The notes below the pieces were generated by a model that was given only the letters and a program-made list of their open reading frames with translations, was not told the DNA's origin and searched no databases. From Nemertoderma westbladi (Eukaryota > Animalia > Xenacoelomorpha): DNA of 64,000 nucleotides. The stretch covers positions 62,001 through 126,000 of the forward strand of contig JAUCBJ010008794.1 in NCBI GenBank assembly GCA_032718475.1, written 5' to 3'. How positions within the stretch are numbered: position 1 is the stretch's first letter; the number at the start of each line of letters is the position of its first letter. Both the position numbers and the translations under genes were made by a program. This document shows positions 12,188-25,735 of this stretch, one piece after another.

Positions 12188-13844
12188 CAACATAGGGAGT
12201 GGGTGTGTGACTCTATTATTTTATATTATTTTATTATTTTTATATTTACGTATGTATTACTATGTAATTTTATCATAATCGTTTTCTTTAATTTTATTCA
12301 GTAGAATGTTATTTTAGAGATTATTTAGTAGATTAGTGCAATATATTCGTGTTTATTGCGTACGTAATTACGTATATATTATATTTAGTGCGACGGCAAG
12401 AAATAATTATTTTCCTCTTTCCTTACTGTCCGTATCATATTATAAATACGTGACTACAGTAAGATGAAATGTCTGTACTTATTAAAGTACAATAAAGCCA
12501 CTACTATATTCAAGTATTATTGGTAGGCAGAGTATTAGGAATGCAAAGTTCAGATCCTCGTGTCTCGGCTAAACCAAGCTCTGGGTAGACCTTGGAAACG
12601 ACTTGCCTCTTCACACTGACATTGCTTCGTGCGATATTGCTCTCATACCGTATATTAAATAATACATATAGTAGCGTGATGTCCCTTTAACAGTAGCGTA
12701 TAACGCGAAATAAATCTGTTAAACCCTTTGACCATCTGTCATTCTAGTCGATTAAGATATCGCGGCACCCACCGATATACTTGAAAGACAAATTCTAGAA
12801 TCAGTGGTTAACGTCCCCAGACAAGTTCTGGAATAAATCGGTGCCCATCTCAAATATTAATTATTTAATATTTGCAAATCTAATAAATCAAAATCTGTAA
12901 ATTCAGATCCTTCAACAATTCTAGTCAATTAAGATATCGTAGCATTTACCGATATTCTTAAAAAGACAATTGTCATAGAATTAAGGATCTTGTGTCCCCA
13001 GACATATTCTAGAATCAAAATATGTCCATTTAATTATCAAATAATAAAATTTCAGGGAATAATTTAAATTCATGCCTTTTAATGAATTTAATAAATTGCC
13101 ATTTTTACGCAATTTATAACATTCCCAAAATTCCATTAATTAATAGATCAAGGGAGCGGAGATTTATCTTATCATGCGTATGAGTGTGTGAAAGTCTCCC
13201 AAACATAGTCAATAGCCGATAAAATTCATAAAGTCATGTATAAAACAGAACATTGACTATTAAAGAATACTATTAAATAACATCCCAGATCTGTATGCAT
13301 TGGAATTACCCTAATTCTACCGCTAGCTTTGCATAATGTCACCATAGCAACAACCACGCTAGAATTAGAATTGAGTTAAAAGAACAATAGAAAGCTTGTC
13401 CCATTGAATAGCATAGGGAATAAATAGCGCACTACTAGTATCCAAGGATACATAATAATACAGTGACATTCTGGAAGGCATTGACTAACGGACAAATGGC
13501 CTGAATGTGTGTAATTTGTGACAAGTTGTGTGTGTGGTATTTGTGAGTTTATAGGTGAATGTTACTGCTAAGGTGTGTTTACAGTAGCTAGTCGCAATCG
13601 TAAAAGTAACCTAACTCTCCAAGGAAAACCTGAAGTACATCTAAGCCTTTGGGACGGACAGTCGAGTGACTTGTGCCGGTTGTCGTTGTCGTTGTGCGGC
13701 TACGTCGTTGGCGAAAGTACAGCGGCGACGACACATCGGCGCTGAGGATCTCGTACTGTCCGGGGGTTAATTGGAGTAGGCAGCGACGCTCGCTAGCCTA
13801 AATATAAACTCCTTATAATATGGATAAACTCATATATAGCAGAT

Positions 13845-15116
13845 ATGACGGAGTTGATAGAAGATGGTCTTGGTATCGGGGAGTGATATACTCTACTTTT
13901 ACAAGCGTTTGTTGATAGCTTAATACGCGGCGACGTTAGTCCAACTGCTGCGGAGGACGATGGTCGTTATATCGAACCGACAATGTCCCAAGTGCAGCTC
14001 TCGCGAGAGTTGGACTATAGAAAATTCGCTGCTCGATATACGCAGCGTAATGGTACGTATATGGGCTTCTTAACTACTGATCATCCTATCGATTTACACA
14101 ATACGGACTATGTCGACTATATATCCTGCCCAGCGGAGTCGGAACCATAAACTGAAATTCGAATGCGAAAATTCTATTCGAAATCGGCTCGAAAGAAAAG
14201 ACATTAAAGAAACAAATAAACGCGGTAACTCCAACATATATTTGGAATTCTTGATAGAAGCATTGTAACAACAAATAAATATCACCCGCGTTTCCCCTAC
14301 CAGACGTGCGTCTTTGGTATTATTATGATAAATGCCCTAGACCCAACTAATAAACGGAAAGACATAAACATCCACGGAAACGTTGTGTTAAACACAGTTG
14401 TGCTCGTTATATTTACTGGAGTTTCGAGCGAAACTTGTTTGACGTATCACCTATGCTCACTCGGCTCGAACGATCCTGGAGTAAACCTACGATCAGAGTC
14501 CCGGAATACTCGGTCAAACCTCCTCATTCCTTAGTTGGACCTCAGACCTGCGATCCTGGTGGTGTCGCGGATCCTCGCGGACTGTATTCACTGTTCAAAG
14601 ATCTAGTGCTACCCTAACAATTAATCGGTAACACTCCGACAGTGATTTCTAGCTAGCCGCCCATCTTACCTAGCCGGATTGTGACGCGGACATTTAATAT
14701 CGCCGTTTAACCCTTACCATCGTCCCGGCTTGACACGATATAACCTGTCACCAGAGTGGCGGAGAACGTTGTACCAAACGAGTTAAACGCTATTCTACAA
14801 AGATCAGAAAGGAAACCTACGTTTGTTCAGATAAACGTAAGTTATAACAGCAAGTCCAAGCGATAAACGAATTGTCTTTATCTCAGTTCGATTGTGAAAT
14901 CCAGAATCTCTAAGAAGATATCGCACTTAGACAACCCCATTCTCTGCGAGAGTTTTTGGATGAACGTATCCAGCTACGAGCGGAGGAAAATCAGCTCGAG
15001 GAGAAGCATATCGAAACGGTGGATACCCCGACCATAATCCTACACCTTCTGATGCAATCATATTGCACCCTTCACCCAGGATTTATAGCCCTCCTAGTAA
15101 AGTGGCTCCCCCCAAA
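13845..15116 (+). pseudogene. ORF2 remnant of copy 1, internally deleted
   Basis: Starts MTELIEDGLG like 24016 (-); its 3' end matches the end of the 35203-37548 ORF; several stops and frameshifts. Confidence 0.8.
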
Positions 15117-15254
15117 GGTTATTTTTCCTTATTTTTCCCGTAAAGTACTCTGTAGTTGGTTTACCAGGCATAAAAAGGCCGTGTCCTTGCTGTACTGGTG
15201 TTTTAGCGGACATAAAAGCTATTTCTTCTGTATTTGTACTTTAGAGGACATAAT
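15117..15254 (+). repeat. Truncated 3' LTR of copy 1
   Basis: 138 bp identical to 4458-4595. Confidence 0.85.
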
Positions 15255-15312
15255 AATAATTAGATTAATAATTATATCATAAAGCCAACCAACCACCAAG
15301 GTTAAGGGGGGG

Positions 15313-16300
15313 CCCTTAACCTTGGTGGTTGGTTGGCTTTTCCGCCCAGTAAGCAGATTGATCGATTTCCATGCCTGGGATGATTGCCTGCTGTCGTCAG
15401 CATCATTGATGGCATCAACCTGTTGGTTTATTAGCTCCTGTAGATTAACAGAGTACTGCCTGTTCAGGGACCTAGATGCAGCCTTAACTGCATTCTTGGC
15501 CGCTGTAGTCTGTTTGAGTCGGGACTCTTTCTGCGCCTTATGAAGGTCATTTCGGCACTTCTGAATTTTGTTGTCAGTCCAGGGGGCCCTTTTCCTGTTT
15601 CGAGGGTATACAGGAACTGTTTCTGCAGCTGCTAACTTAACTGCTTCTGTAAAGGCAGTATAGCCCTCACAGTGATCTGCCGCCTCAGAGGCAATCGAGG
15701 CCTCATACCTGTTGCTCAGCTGTAGTGTGAACCTGGATCTCACACTTGGCTGTTGCAACAGAGAGGACCAGTCATGCCGCGGCAAGGCAGATTTCGTTAT
15801 TCTGCTAGCACGCAGACTAAGTCTTACCTTGGCCACAATAAGGCGGTGATCACTGGAGAAGGGTCGAAGTGTAAATGCATTACAGTCTTGTATAGAGCTC
15901 CTGTATTTCCTACGAAACAGAATATGGTCTATCTGGGACTTGTGACCACTGGGTCCACTTCCACTATGAGTCCATAGCTTTCCAGTCGCTTCTTGAACTG
16001 GGTTCCAGCCGAAAACAATCCATTTCCAGAGATAAAATCCTGAAGATGGACAGAATTTCGGTTAACACTATTGCTATAGACCCAGGGCGATGTAGGTGAT
16101 TGATGCAGACTTGCATTAAAGTCTCCCAGGAATGTTAAGAATGCATGCTGATCCACGCCATCAGTAGCTGCTTGTAGATTGTGGTAGAAATTTTCCACCT
16201 CCTCTACAGGGGCAACACTAGTTGGAGAGTAGCACACAATCAGAACCACCTTAGGAAACTTCTTAGCCAGTCTTCCAGAACATGAGAAGTGGCAACGGAT
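15313..16300 (-). mobile_element. RTE-type LINE fragment (AP endonuclease C-terminal half + linker)
   Basis: IVCYSPT..EVENFY, LGDFNA, SDHRLI-like motif, QLSNRYEA, AWKSINLLTG. Confidence 0.8.
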
Positions 16301-16312
16301 GATGCGGTTAGA

Positions 16313-17107
16313 GATCCGTCATGGATGTTGGACGGATCCATCATGGATGTTGGACGGATCCGTCATGGATGTTGGACGGATCCATCAAGGATGTTGGACG
16401 GATCCATCATGGATGTTGGACGGATCCGTCATGGATGTTGGACGTATCCGTCATGGATGTTGGACGGATCCATCATGGATGTTGGACGGATCCATCATGT
16501 ATGTTGGACGGATTCATCATGGATGTTGGACGGATCCATCATGGATGTTGGACGGATCCGTCATGGATGTTGGACGGATCCATCATGGATGTTGGACGGA
16601 TCCATCATGGATGTTGGACGGATCCATCATGGATGTTGGACGGATCCATCATGGATGTTGGACGGATCCGTCATGGATGTTGGACGGATCCGTCATGGAT
16701 GTTGGACGGATCCATCATGGATGTTGGACGGATCCATCATGGATGTTGGACGGATCCATCATGGATGTTGGACGGATCCATCATGGATGTTGGACGGATC
16801 CATCATGGATGTTGGACGGATCCGTCATGGATGTTGAACGGATCCATCATGGATGTTGGACGGATCTGTCATGGATGTTGGACGGATCCATCATGGATGT
16901 TGGACGGATCCATCATGGATGTTGGACGGATCCATCATGGATGTTGGACGGATCCGTCATGGATGTTGGACGGATCCGTCATGGATGTTGGACGGAGCTA
17001 TCATGGATGTTGGACGGATCCATCATGGATGTTGGACGGATCCGTCATGGATGTTGGAAGGATCCGTCATGGATGTTGGACGGATCCATCATGGATGTTG
17101 GATGGAT
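16313..17107. repeat. 22-bp minisatellite, ~36 units (ATGGATGTTGGACGGATCCRTC)
   Basis: Directly visible; no spacers. Confidence 0.97.
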
Positions 17108-17899
17108 ATATTTCGAATAATTTTAGATAGATTTCGATAGATAGATTTCGTAATTTGCTTCATTATCAATGCCTACTACACATAGTTCTATCGAAATACG
17201 AAAATAAGTGGCCTAATTTGTAATGATTGGAAATTGCAGAATAAAACTAGCACAAAATCGCACAGACTAAATACTGAAATAGCACGGCGGTACTCTACTA
17301 CTATAATAACAGTGGCCTTCTACGTCCTACATACAGAAGCTAGGGACCCCCAATTATTCTACTACATTACATATTTCTCAATAGCAGTCTTACATATGTT
17401 TCCTTACATTTTCAGATATCACTAAATTCTATATAGTAATTTCACTTTGCTACTAATGGGCTACAGTATTATTTAATATAATTAAGGATAACAAAATGTA
17501 GCATTTTATAGCGGTTTGTATATTCGCTATATGTACAAATTCTATATATAGAAATAATCTGTGTTTTTAAAGATATCTCGAAATGCTACCATCACCACTC
17601 CCAAAGTTTAATAATATACAGTATAAGTAGCATAGCCGTCAAATCTTCCCATCAACTGAAGGGTTTTTGTATATTCAGTTTCAGAATACAAAAATTATAT
17701 GTATATTGACCATAGCAGCCGAACCATGATGATTTGCAAAAAGCAATTTGTTTCTAATGTTAAACATTTTGATTTATTCAATAATAAAATAGTTAAATAA
17801 AATGTATTATATAATAAAATTAAAATATAAGAAATGTTAATATAAAACTATATGTATGTCTTTGAAATATATATTAGTGACGGTTCTGCTACATTTTGT

Positions 17900-18165
17900 G
17901 TATATATATATATAATATATATGTATTATATATATATATATAATATATATGTATTATATATATATATATAATATATATGTATTATATATATATATATAAT
18001 ATATATGTATTATATATATATATAATATATATGTATTATATATATATATATAATATATATGTATTATATATATATATATAATATATATGTATTATATATA
18101 TATATAATATATATGTATTATATATATATATATAATATATATGTATTATATATATATTATATATT
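17900..18165. repeat. Compound (TA)n microsatellite with a ~26-28 bp period
   Basis: Repeated tatatatataatatatatgtat. Confidence 0.95.
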
Positions 18166-18316
18166 TTATAGGTGAGTTTGTAAAATTTCCAAATTGGGTT
18201 ACCCATATCGAACCAATGCCCAAATTTTTAAATGCTTTAAAATGCTTATAATTTTTACTCTTAAAATTAATTATTAATGCACCTTTCGAAAACGCTTGTT
18301 TCTTAATAAAGAACTA

Positions 18317-19577
18317 TGTTCGCGCTTTTAGACCTTTAGCAGTTTAACCTGCCAATTTTAGGTGTCTTCTTGTTTATAAATCGACTTTGGCCTATGACAA
18401 TTATCTAATACACTAAAATAACATTAGCCGAAGCCAGTCTATGCGCGACCATTCACCCACAGTTAAGGGAGACTGGATTCGGAGGCTTTGACTTATTATT
18501 GCGTTGTAGACCTACTGTATTATTCGATTGATTGTTACTATATAATCTCTGACAATATATTCTCTTTCGGGGAAATATTAACAGTTCCTTTAGGACGTGG
18601 CGTTTTAAGTATAAAAACAGAGTTATGACTTATACTAATCACAACTAGATGTCTACTGATTTACATAAAAGGCGCATTCTTTAGGAGATGCTTTATTACC
18701 AATCACATCACTGCACACAACTTCACACTGTTTCACACTGATCAGCCGACAGTCACTGAATTTGATCATATATAAGGAGAATAGCAACTGACACATGTAG
18801 GGATTATGAAATAGCATTTAATTCACATGAAAACCACTATAATGTAAGTCGCAGTTGCTACAGGTAACTGGTCCCTCTTACCTTTAGTAATCAAAAAGAT
18901 TGGGGTTTATGATTATTTATCGCTATTCTCCAAATACAATAACATATCCATCCATATATAACAATTATAACAAACAGTGAAATAATGCGGTGAACAATCA
19001 GTATATGATACGATAATGTGGCTGGTAATGTGACCGTGGTAATAGTTTATGTTTCGATAATCAAAGGCATCTAATGTTCTGGCCAAAGTCTGAAACTTCT
19101 ACAGAAGTACAGAAGAATCCCAAGCCGGTGTTCTGGCTTAGAAAAGAGGATGACTGCTAACATACACAGACTTGCTCGGTTTACATAGCTCTTTTCCACG
19201 AAAATGAAAATCGCTCTGATTGGCTGAGCTGAGCCGAACAAAGAACACAGAGGACAAGGGAAAATTCCACGTCAGCAAATCAGCTGTTAGATGTCGTCAT
19301 TTGAATTCCAGCCTTTAGAGTATTTAAGCGCATTGTGGCATAAAATTGCTTGTTATGTCCGCTAAAACACCTACACGGTACGTTGCGGAGAAAAATGGCT
19401 TGCTATATCCGCAAAAGCTTTTACACCGCTCCCAGAAAATGGGATTTGAGTCTATAAAATATACAAAATCACAGTTTCTAAAATAAAAGAATACTCTAAA
19501 CTACTAGTCCTTCTTACGTGAACGGCGTTTACAAAGTTTTTTTGAGGCTAGCAAGAGTCCTTTTCTCTTTGGGGCGA
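18317..19577 (-). mobile_element. 3' fragment of the BEL family: ORF2 end + 3' LTR (18317-19425)
   Basis: Reverse-complement LTR ends, PPT-like GGGAGCGG, and the ORF2 terminus (PKEKRTLAS...RRKD). Confidence 0.85.
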
Positions 19578-19739
19578 CCCGGGATCCCGGTTTATCCGGT
19601 TTTAGTTCACGCGTCCCCGCCGTGTATAAAGAGTGAATGAGTTCTGATGTTTGTCGTATATAATATGATATGCAGATATAGATATAGATATAATATTGTC
19701 GTATATGGAAGGCGGGATACGGTAACTAAAGTCCCGGTC

Positions 19740-20158
19740 CTTCCCTAGCTAAACTATTGTAACCTAATCTAGCACCGGTATTGCACTGAGATAACTGAAT
19801 TGGTATGATTACTGCCAAGTGGCTATATTGCACGGTTGCCTTATTACTCTACCTAATCGATGCCTTTCCCCCCTCTGATTGGTTGATACCCTTGTTGGCG
19901 CCCTTTGGAGTGTTCCCGTTCACTCCACCTATTCTCTCTGGGTTAGGGGTTTGGCCCCTGACCCTCATTGTGTGCTTCTCCTTCCCATTCTTATTGGGAT
20001 GGCATGAGTTGGTTAATTACCCAATCTCGTGGCTCCCAATATTGCTTATCGGCTTATAACTTTATGGGGTGTTAGCGGGATTGAATAAGCTAACATCTAT
20101 ATTTGTTATATTTAATAATTCAATTAGTGCATACCTTTTTTACGCTATACCAATGGTG

Positions 20159-20190
<32 letters not shown>
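19740..20190 (+). mobile_element. Possible 3' end of a poly(A) retroposon
   Basis: A-run of ~30 nt at 20159-20190; the 5' boundary is uncertain. Confidence 0.35.
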
Positions 20191-20193
<3 letters not shown>

Positions 20194-20449
20194 TTCTTCG
20201 GCTGCTAGGCCAGGGATTACGCACAAAGTCTGACGACTTATTTCCAGTGCGGTCCCCCCAGAACTTCACTCCCCAGAGAAAACTCCAGTACTCATTTAGC
20301 TACCACTTAAGGATGCAAGGCAGAGATGCGCCCTGGCTGATCCCTTTAAAGCATTCGTGCCGAAACGAAAACTGCCCTGGCGCATGTGAGGATCGAACCC
20401 ACGACCTACGGGAGATGTGAATTCAATGCAACCACTACACCAAGGTGGA
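20191..20449 (-). mobile_element. tRNA-derived SINE
   Basis: Box A TGGTGTAGTGG (20442-20432) and box B GGTTCGATCC (20399-20390), followed by a non-tRNA body. Confidence 0.65.
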
Positions 20450-20533
20450 ACCTATGTGTTAAATGGTGTTAAATTACTCGTCGAATGCATAACAGATTAA
20501 GAAAAGTAACAGGGAATCCCCTCATGTTATTAT

Positions 20534-21060
20534 TTATGACGCGTCCAGCATAGTACAACTCCCTACTCCAATACTGCAGCCAATCGGATTGCAGTATTCT
20601 TTTGTACAGGCCTCGTTTAGCTTACTAATGTTGTGATGCCTTGATATGGATGCCTGGCGGACGGGGCCCATTTTATTCCACCAATGGGGATCGAGAATTC
20701 CCTTAGTGTTGTTCCCTGCTTGTAGTATTATCTTTTCTAAACATAAACTTTGATATGGCACGCATCCAGCACCTTTTCCTTCACACGGAGGGGTGCATTT
20801 ATGTTTTCTCTCAAAAATGCATAAAACTTAATAAAGTGCTTTTGTCTGTTTTTTAAGTCTTCCAAAAACATATCTTTAATCTTTCCGGATGAATTTAGTG
20901 ACGAACCGAGGTAAATTTCAGAGTTCGAATGATTTATACTTCCGTGACTCAAAGTAAGTGGCTTGTGGTAACTTTCACCAGAATTGATGCAGATATAGCT
21001 ACATTTGGTGGGATTTAGTGTGATGAAGTTTTCTAAACAATATTTTTCCAGTGTTTCCAA
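20534..21060 (-). mobile_element. L2/CR1-like RT C-terminal fragment
   Basis: LEKYC....TLNPTKC, EIYLGS. Segment 20631-20729 is duplicated at 21170-21268. Confidence 0.65.
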
Positions 21061-21268
21061 TTTTACTTCGGCAAGTGTTCGGCTGGTTGCTAGGACAAAG
21101 GCTGGGGCTAGATCTTCGCCCCCCCCCGGGGGCTAAAGGGGCAAGAAAAAGGCCGAAAAAACGAAACGATTGTGATGCCTTGATATGGATGCCTGGCGGA
21201 CGGGGCCCATTTTATTCCACCAATGGGGATCGAAAATTCCCTTAGTTTTGTTCCCTGCTTGTAGTATT

Positions 21269-22421
21269 TGTTCGCGCTTTTAGACCTTTAGCAGTTTAAC
21301 CTGCCAATTTTTGGTGTCTTCTTGTTTATAAATCGACTTTAGCCTATGACAATTATTTATTACACTGAAATAACATTAGCCGAAGCCAGTCTATGCGCGA
21401 CCATTCACCCACTGTTAAGGGAGACTGGATTCGGATGCTTGGACTTATTATTGCGTTGTAGACCTACTGTATTATTCGATTGATTGTTACTATATAATCT
21501 CTGACAATATATTTACTTTCGGGGAAATATTAACAGTTCCTTTAGGACGTGGCGCTTTAAGTATAAAAGCAGAGTTATGACTTATACTAATCACAACTAG
21601 ATGGCTACTGAGTTACGTAAAAGGCGCATTCTTTAGGAGATGCTTTATTACCTGTCACACTGCTTCACACGACTTCACACTACCTCACACTGATCTGCCG
21701 ACCGTCACTGAATTTGATCATATATAAGGAGGATAGCAACTGACACATGTAGGGATTATGAAATAGCATTTAATTCACACAAAACCACTATAATGTAAGT
21801 CGCAATTGCTACTGGTAACCTATCCTCTCACCTTCAGTAATCAAGAAGATTGGGGTTTTATGATTCTTTATCGGTGTTCTCCAAATATAACAATATATCC
21901 ATCAACATATATAACAATTAATAACCAACAGTAAAATAAGGCGGTGAACAATCAGTATGTGTTACTTAGTGCAACAGCAGTTGATATGGTTAGGTGATAT
22001 GTAGTCAGGTAACAGTTTTACGTTTCGATAATCCAAGCCATCTAATGTTCTGGTCAAAGTCTGAAACTTCTACAGAAGCACAGAAGAATCCTAAGCCGGT
22101 GTTCTGGGCTTAGAAAAGATAACAACAACACTGAATTGCGTGGGTTTCTGTAGGCCCCTTTCAACGCAAAGTGAAAATCGCTCTGATTGGCCGAACAGAA
22201 CAAAGAAAAAGCTCCACGAGTACAGTAAATCAGCTGGTAGATGTCGTCATCTGAATTCCAGTCTTAGAGTATTAAGCGCATTGCGGCAAAAATGGCTTGT
22301 TTTGTCCGCCAAAGCATACATGCAGACACAGCGGGTAAAAATGGCTTGTTATGTCCGCTAAAACACCTACACAGTATATTGCGGAGAAAAATGGCTTGTT
22401 ATGTCCGCAAAAGCTTTTACA
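21269..22421 (-). repeat. 3' LTR of copy 2
   Basis: On the minus strand GGGAGCGG|TGTAAAAGC...GCGCGAACA. Confidence 0.85.
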
Positions 22422-22500
22422 CCGCTCCCAGAAAATGGGATTTGAGTCTATAAAATATATAAAATCACAGTTTCTAAAATATAAAAAATCCTCTAAACTA

Positions 22501-24016
22501 CTAGTCCTTCTTACGTGAATGGTGTTTACGAAGTTTTTTGAGGCTAGCCAGAGTTCTTTTCTCTTTGGGGCGAGCCACTTTACTAGGAGGGCTATAACTC
22601 CTGGGTGAAGGGTGCAATACAATTGCATCGGAAGGTTTAGGGTTACGGTCGATGTCTCGTCCATTTCGATATGCTTCTCCTCGAGCTGATTTTCCTCCGT
22701 TTGTCATTGGATGCGTTCGTCCAAAAACTCTCGCAGAGAATAGGGTTGTCCAAGTTCGATAACTTCTTAGAGATTCTGGATTTCCCGATCGAACTGAGAT
22801 AAAGCTAATTCGTTTACCACTTGGACTTGCTGCTGCAATTTAAGTTTATCTGAACAAGCGTAGGTTCCTTTTCTGATCTTTTGCCGAATAGTGTCTAATG
22901 CGTTTCGTACAACGCTCTCCTCCACCTCGGTGACAGGTTGTATCGGGGTTAAACCGGGACGATTATACGGGTTGAACGGCGATATTAAATGTCCGCATCC
23001 CAATCCGGCTAGGTAGGATGGGCGGATATCTAGAGAGCCCACTACCTGAGTGCCACCGATTAATTGTTCGGGTAACACTAGATCTTTGAACAGTGAGTGC
23101 AGTTCATTACACCATTAGGATCAAGAGTTTGAGGTCTCACTAGGGAATGAGGAGGTCTGATCGAGTATTCCGGAACTCTGATCATGGGTTTATTTAAGGA
23201 TCGTTTGAGTCGAGCGAGCGTAGGTGACACGTCGAACAAGTTTCGCTCGAAACTCCCATAGGTATAACGAATAAAACTGTGTTTAGCGCAACGTCTCCGC
23301 GGATGTTTATGTCTTTCTGTTTGCTGGTTGGGTCTAGGGCATTCATCACAATAATACCAAAGACGCACGTCCTATAGGGGAAACGCGGGTGATCGTTCTC
23401 CAGTTTTACAATATTCCTCCATCTGTTCGAAGCTATCCGGGACAACAGGTAGCGGTCGATCGGCGGTAAGATACATCATAGTGAAATAGAGCCATTTGAG
23501 TTCTATCATAGGGTCATGATGTATACCTTGAGGATATCGAGTTTCTAGATTTTGTTGACTGGCAATATTGAGATATGTTTCTCTCAAGACTTCCAGATAT
23601 TCGTTGAAGTCGCTGCGTTTATCCGGCTCTTCAACGTCTTCCATTTCGAGTCGGTTTCGAATAGAATTCTCGTGTTCGATTCTCGGTTTGTCATTCCGAC
23701 TCCACTGGGTATGATATTTAAATAGAACCATTTCCCTTTCGGTGTCTACATCGTCCGTATCGTGTAAATCAATAGGATGACCAGTAGTTATGAAGTCCAT
23801 ATACGTACCATTACGATGCGTATAGAGAGCGGTGAATTTTCTATAGTCCAATTCACGCGTGAGTTGTTCCTTGGACATTGGCGGTTCGATATAATGGCCA
23901 TCATCCTCCGTAGCAGTGGGACTAGCGTCGCCGCGTATTAAGCCATCAACAAACGATTGCAACGGTAGGGTATATCGCTCCTTGATACCAAGATCATCTT
24001 CTATCAACTCAGTCAT
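22501..24016 (-). pseudogene. ORF2 of copy 2: N-terminal part joined to the extreme C-terminus, exonuclease region deleted
   Basis: MTELIEDD... with frameshifts; ends DRNPKPSDAIVLHPSPRSYSPPSKVARPKEKRTLAS, as in the 35203-37548 ORF. Confidence 0.85.
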
Positions 24017-25735
24017 AGCTGTTATATGAGTTTATCAATATTATAATTAATTATAATTAGGCTAGCGGTCGTCGCTGCCTACCCCTCACTGCCCCCGGAC
24101 AGCGCAAGGTCCTCAGCGCTGATGTACTGTCGCCGCTGTGCCTCTCGCCAACGTAGTAGCAACACAACAACAACAATACCCAGCGCGAGTCACTCCACTG
24201 TCCGTCCCAAGGGCTTAGATTTACTTCAGGTTCTTACTGCAGAGGTAGGGCTACTTTCACAACTGCGACTCGCTACTGTAAACACACTTTAGTAGTAACA
24301 TTCACCTATAAACGCACAAATTCCACACAACTGTCACAAATTGTACACATTCTGTCACACATTCGGGTCATTTGTCCGTTAGTCAAGTGCCTTCCAGAAT
24401 GTCACGTTATTATTATGTATCCCTGGATACTAGCAGTGTGCTATTTATTCCGTATGCTATTCAATGGGCAAGCTTTTTATTGTTCTTTTAACTCACTTCT
24501 AATTCTAGCGTGGTTGTTGCTATGGTGACATTATGGAAAGCTAGCGGTAGAATTAGGGTAATTCTCATGCATACAGATCTGGGATGCTATTTAATAGTAA
24601 TTCTTTAATTGTCAATATTCCCCTTTATACATGATTTTATGAATTTTATCGGCTATTGACTATATATTGGAGATTCTCACACACTAATACACTTAATAGG
24701 GTGAATCTCCGCTCCCATGATCCATTAATTAATGGAATTTTGGGAATGTTATAAATTGTATAAAAATGACAATTTATCAAATTCATTAAAAGAGATGAAT
24801 TTAAATTTATTCCCGTAAATTTTATTATTTAATGTTGGAATAAGCACAATTTTATTCCAGAGCATGTCTGGGGACTGGGATCCTTGATTCTAGAAAATTT
24901 GTCCTTTTAAGAGTATCGGTAAGTGCTACGATATCTTAATCGACTAGAATTTTAAAGGATCTAAAATTTAACAGATTTTAATTTATAGATTTTCTAGAGT
25001 TAACTTGTAAGTATTTACTCTATTGTATTTGTTGGACAGATTTTATAAATATTAATAGTTAATATTTAAGATGGGCACCGGTTTATTCCAGAACTTGTCT
25101 GGGGACGTTAACCACTGATTCTAGAATTTTGTCTTTCAAGTATATCGGTGGGTGCCACGATATCTTAATCGACTAGAATTACAGATGGTCAAAGGGTTTA
25201 ACAGATTTATTTGCGTTGTACGCTACTGTTAAAGGGACATCATGCTACTATATGTATTATTTAATATGCGGTATGAGAGCAATATTGCAAGAAGCAATGT
25301 CAGTGAGAAGAGGCAAGTCGTTTCCAAGGTCTACCCAGAGCTTGGTTTAGCTGAGACACGAGGATCTGAACTTTGCATTCCTAATACTCTACTTACCAAT
25401 AATACTTGAATATAGTAGGAGCTTTATTGTACTTTAATAAGTACGGACATTTCATCTTACTGTAGTCACGTATTTATAATATGATATGGACAGTAAGGAA
25501 AGAGAAAAAGAATTATTTCTCGCCGTTGCACTAAATATATAATATAATATAAGTAAGTAAGTAATAAACACTAATATATATTGCACTAATCTACTAAATA
25601 ATCGCTAAAATATCATTCTGCTAAATAAAATTAAAGAAAACGATTATAATCAAATTACATAATAATACATACATAAATATAAAATAATAAAAACAAATAT
25701 AAAATAATATAGTCACACACCCACTCCAGATGCTG

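Larger units (their letters stand above)
4433..15254 (+). mobile_element. BEL/Pao LTR retrotransposon copy 1, non-autonomous, two ORFs
   Basis: 5' LTR, Gag-protease ORF, ORF2 remnant and a partial 3' LTR identical to the 5' LTR. Confidence 0.85.

Noticed and set aside
16289-17140. Long ORFs such as MLDGSIMDVGRIHHGCWTDPSW
   Set aside because: Artefact of a stop-free 22-bp repeat.
20375-20449. tRNA gene
   Set aside because: A and B boxes are present but there is no proper acceptor or anticodon stem; fits a SINE head.
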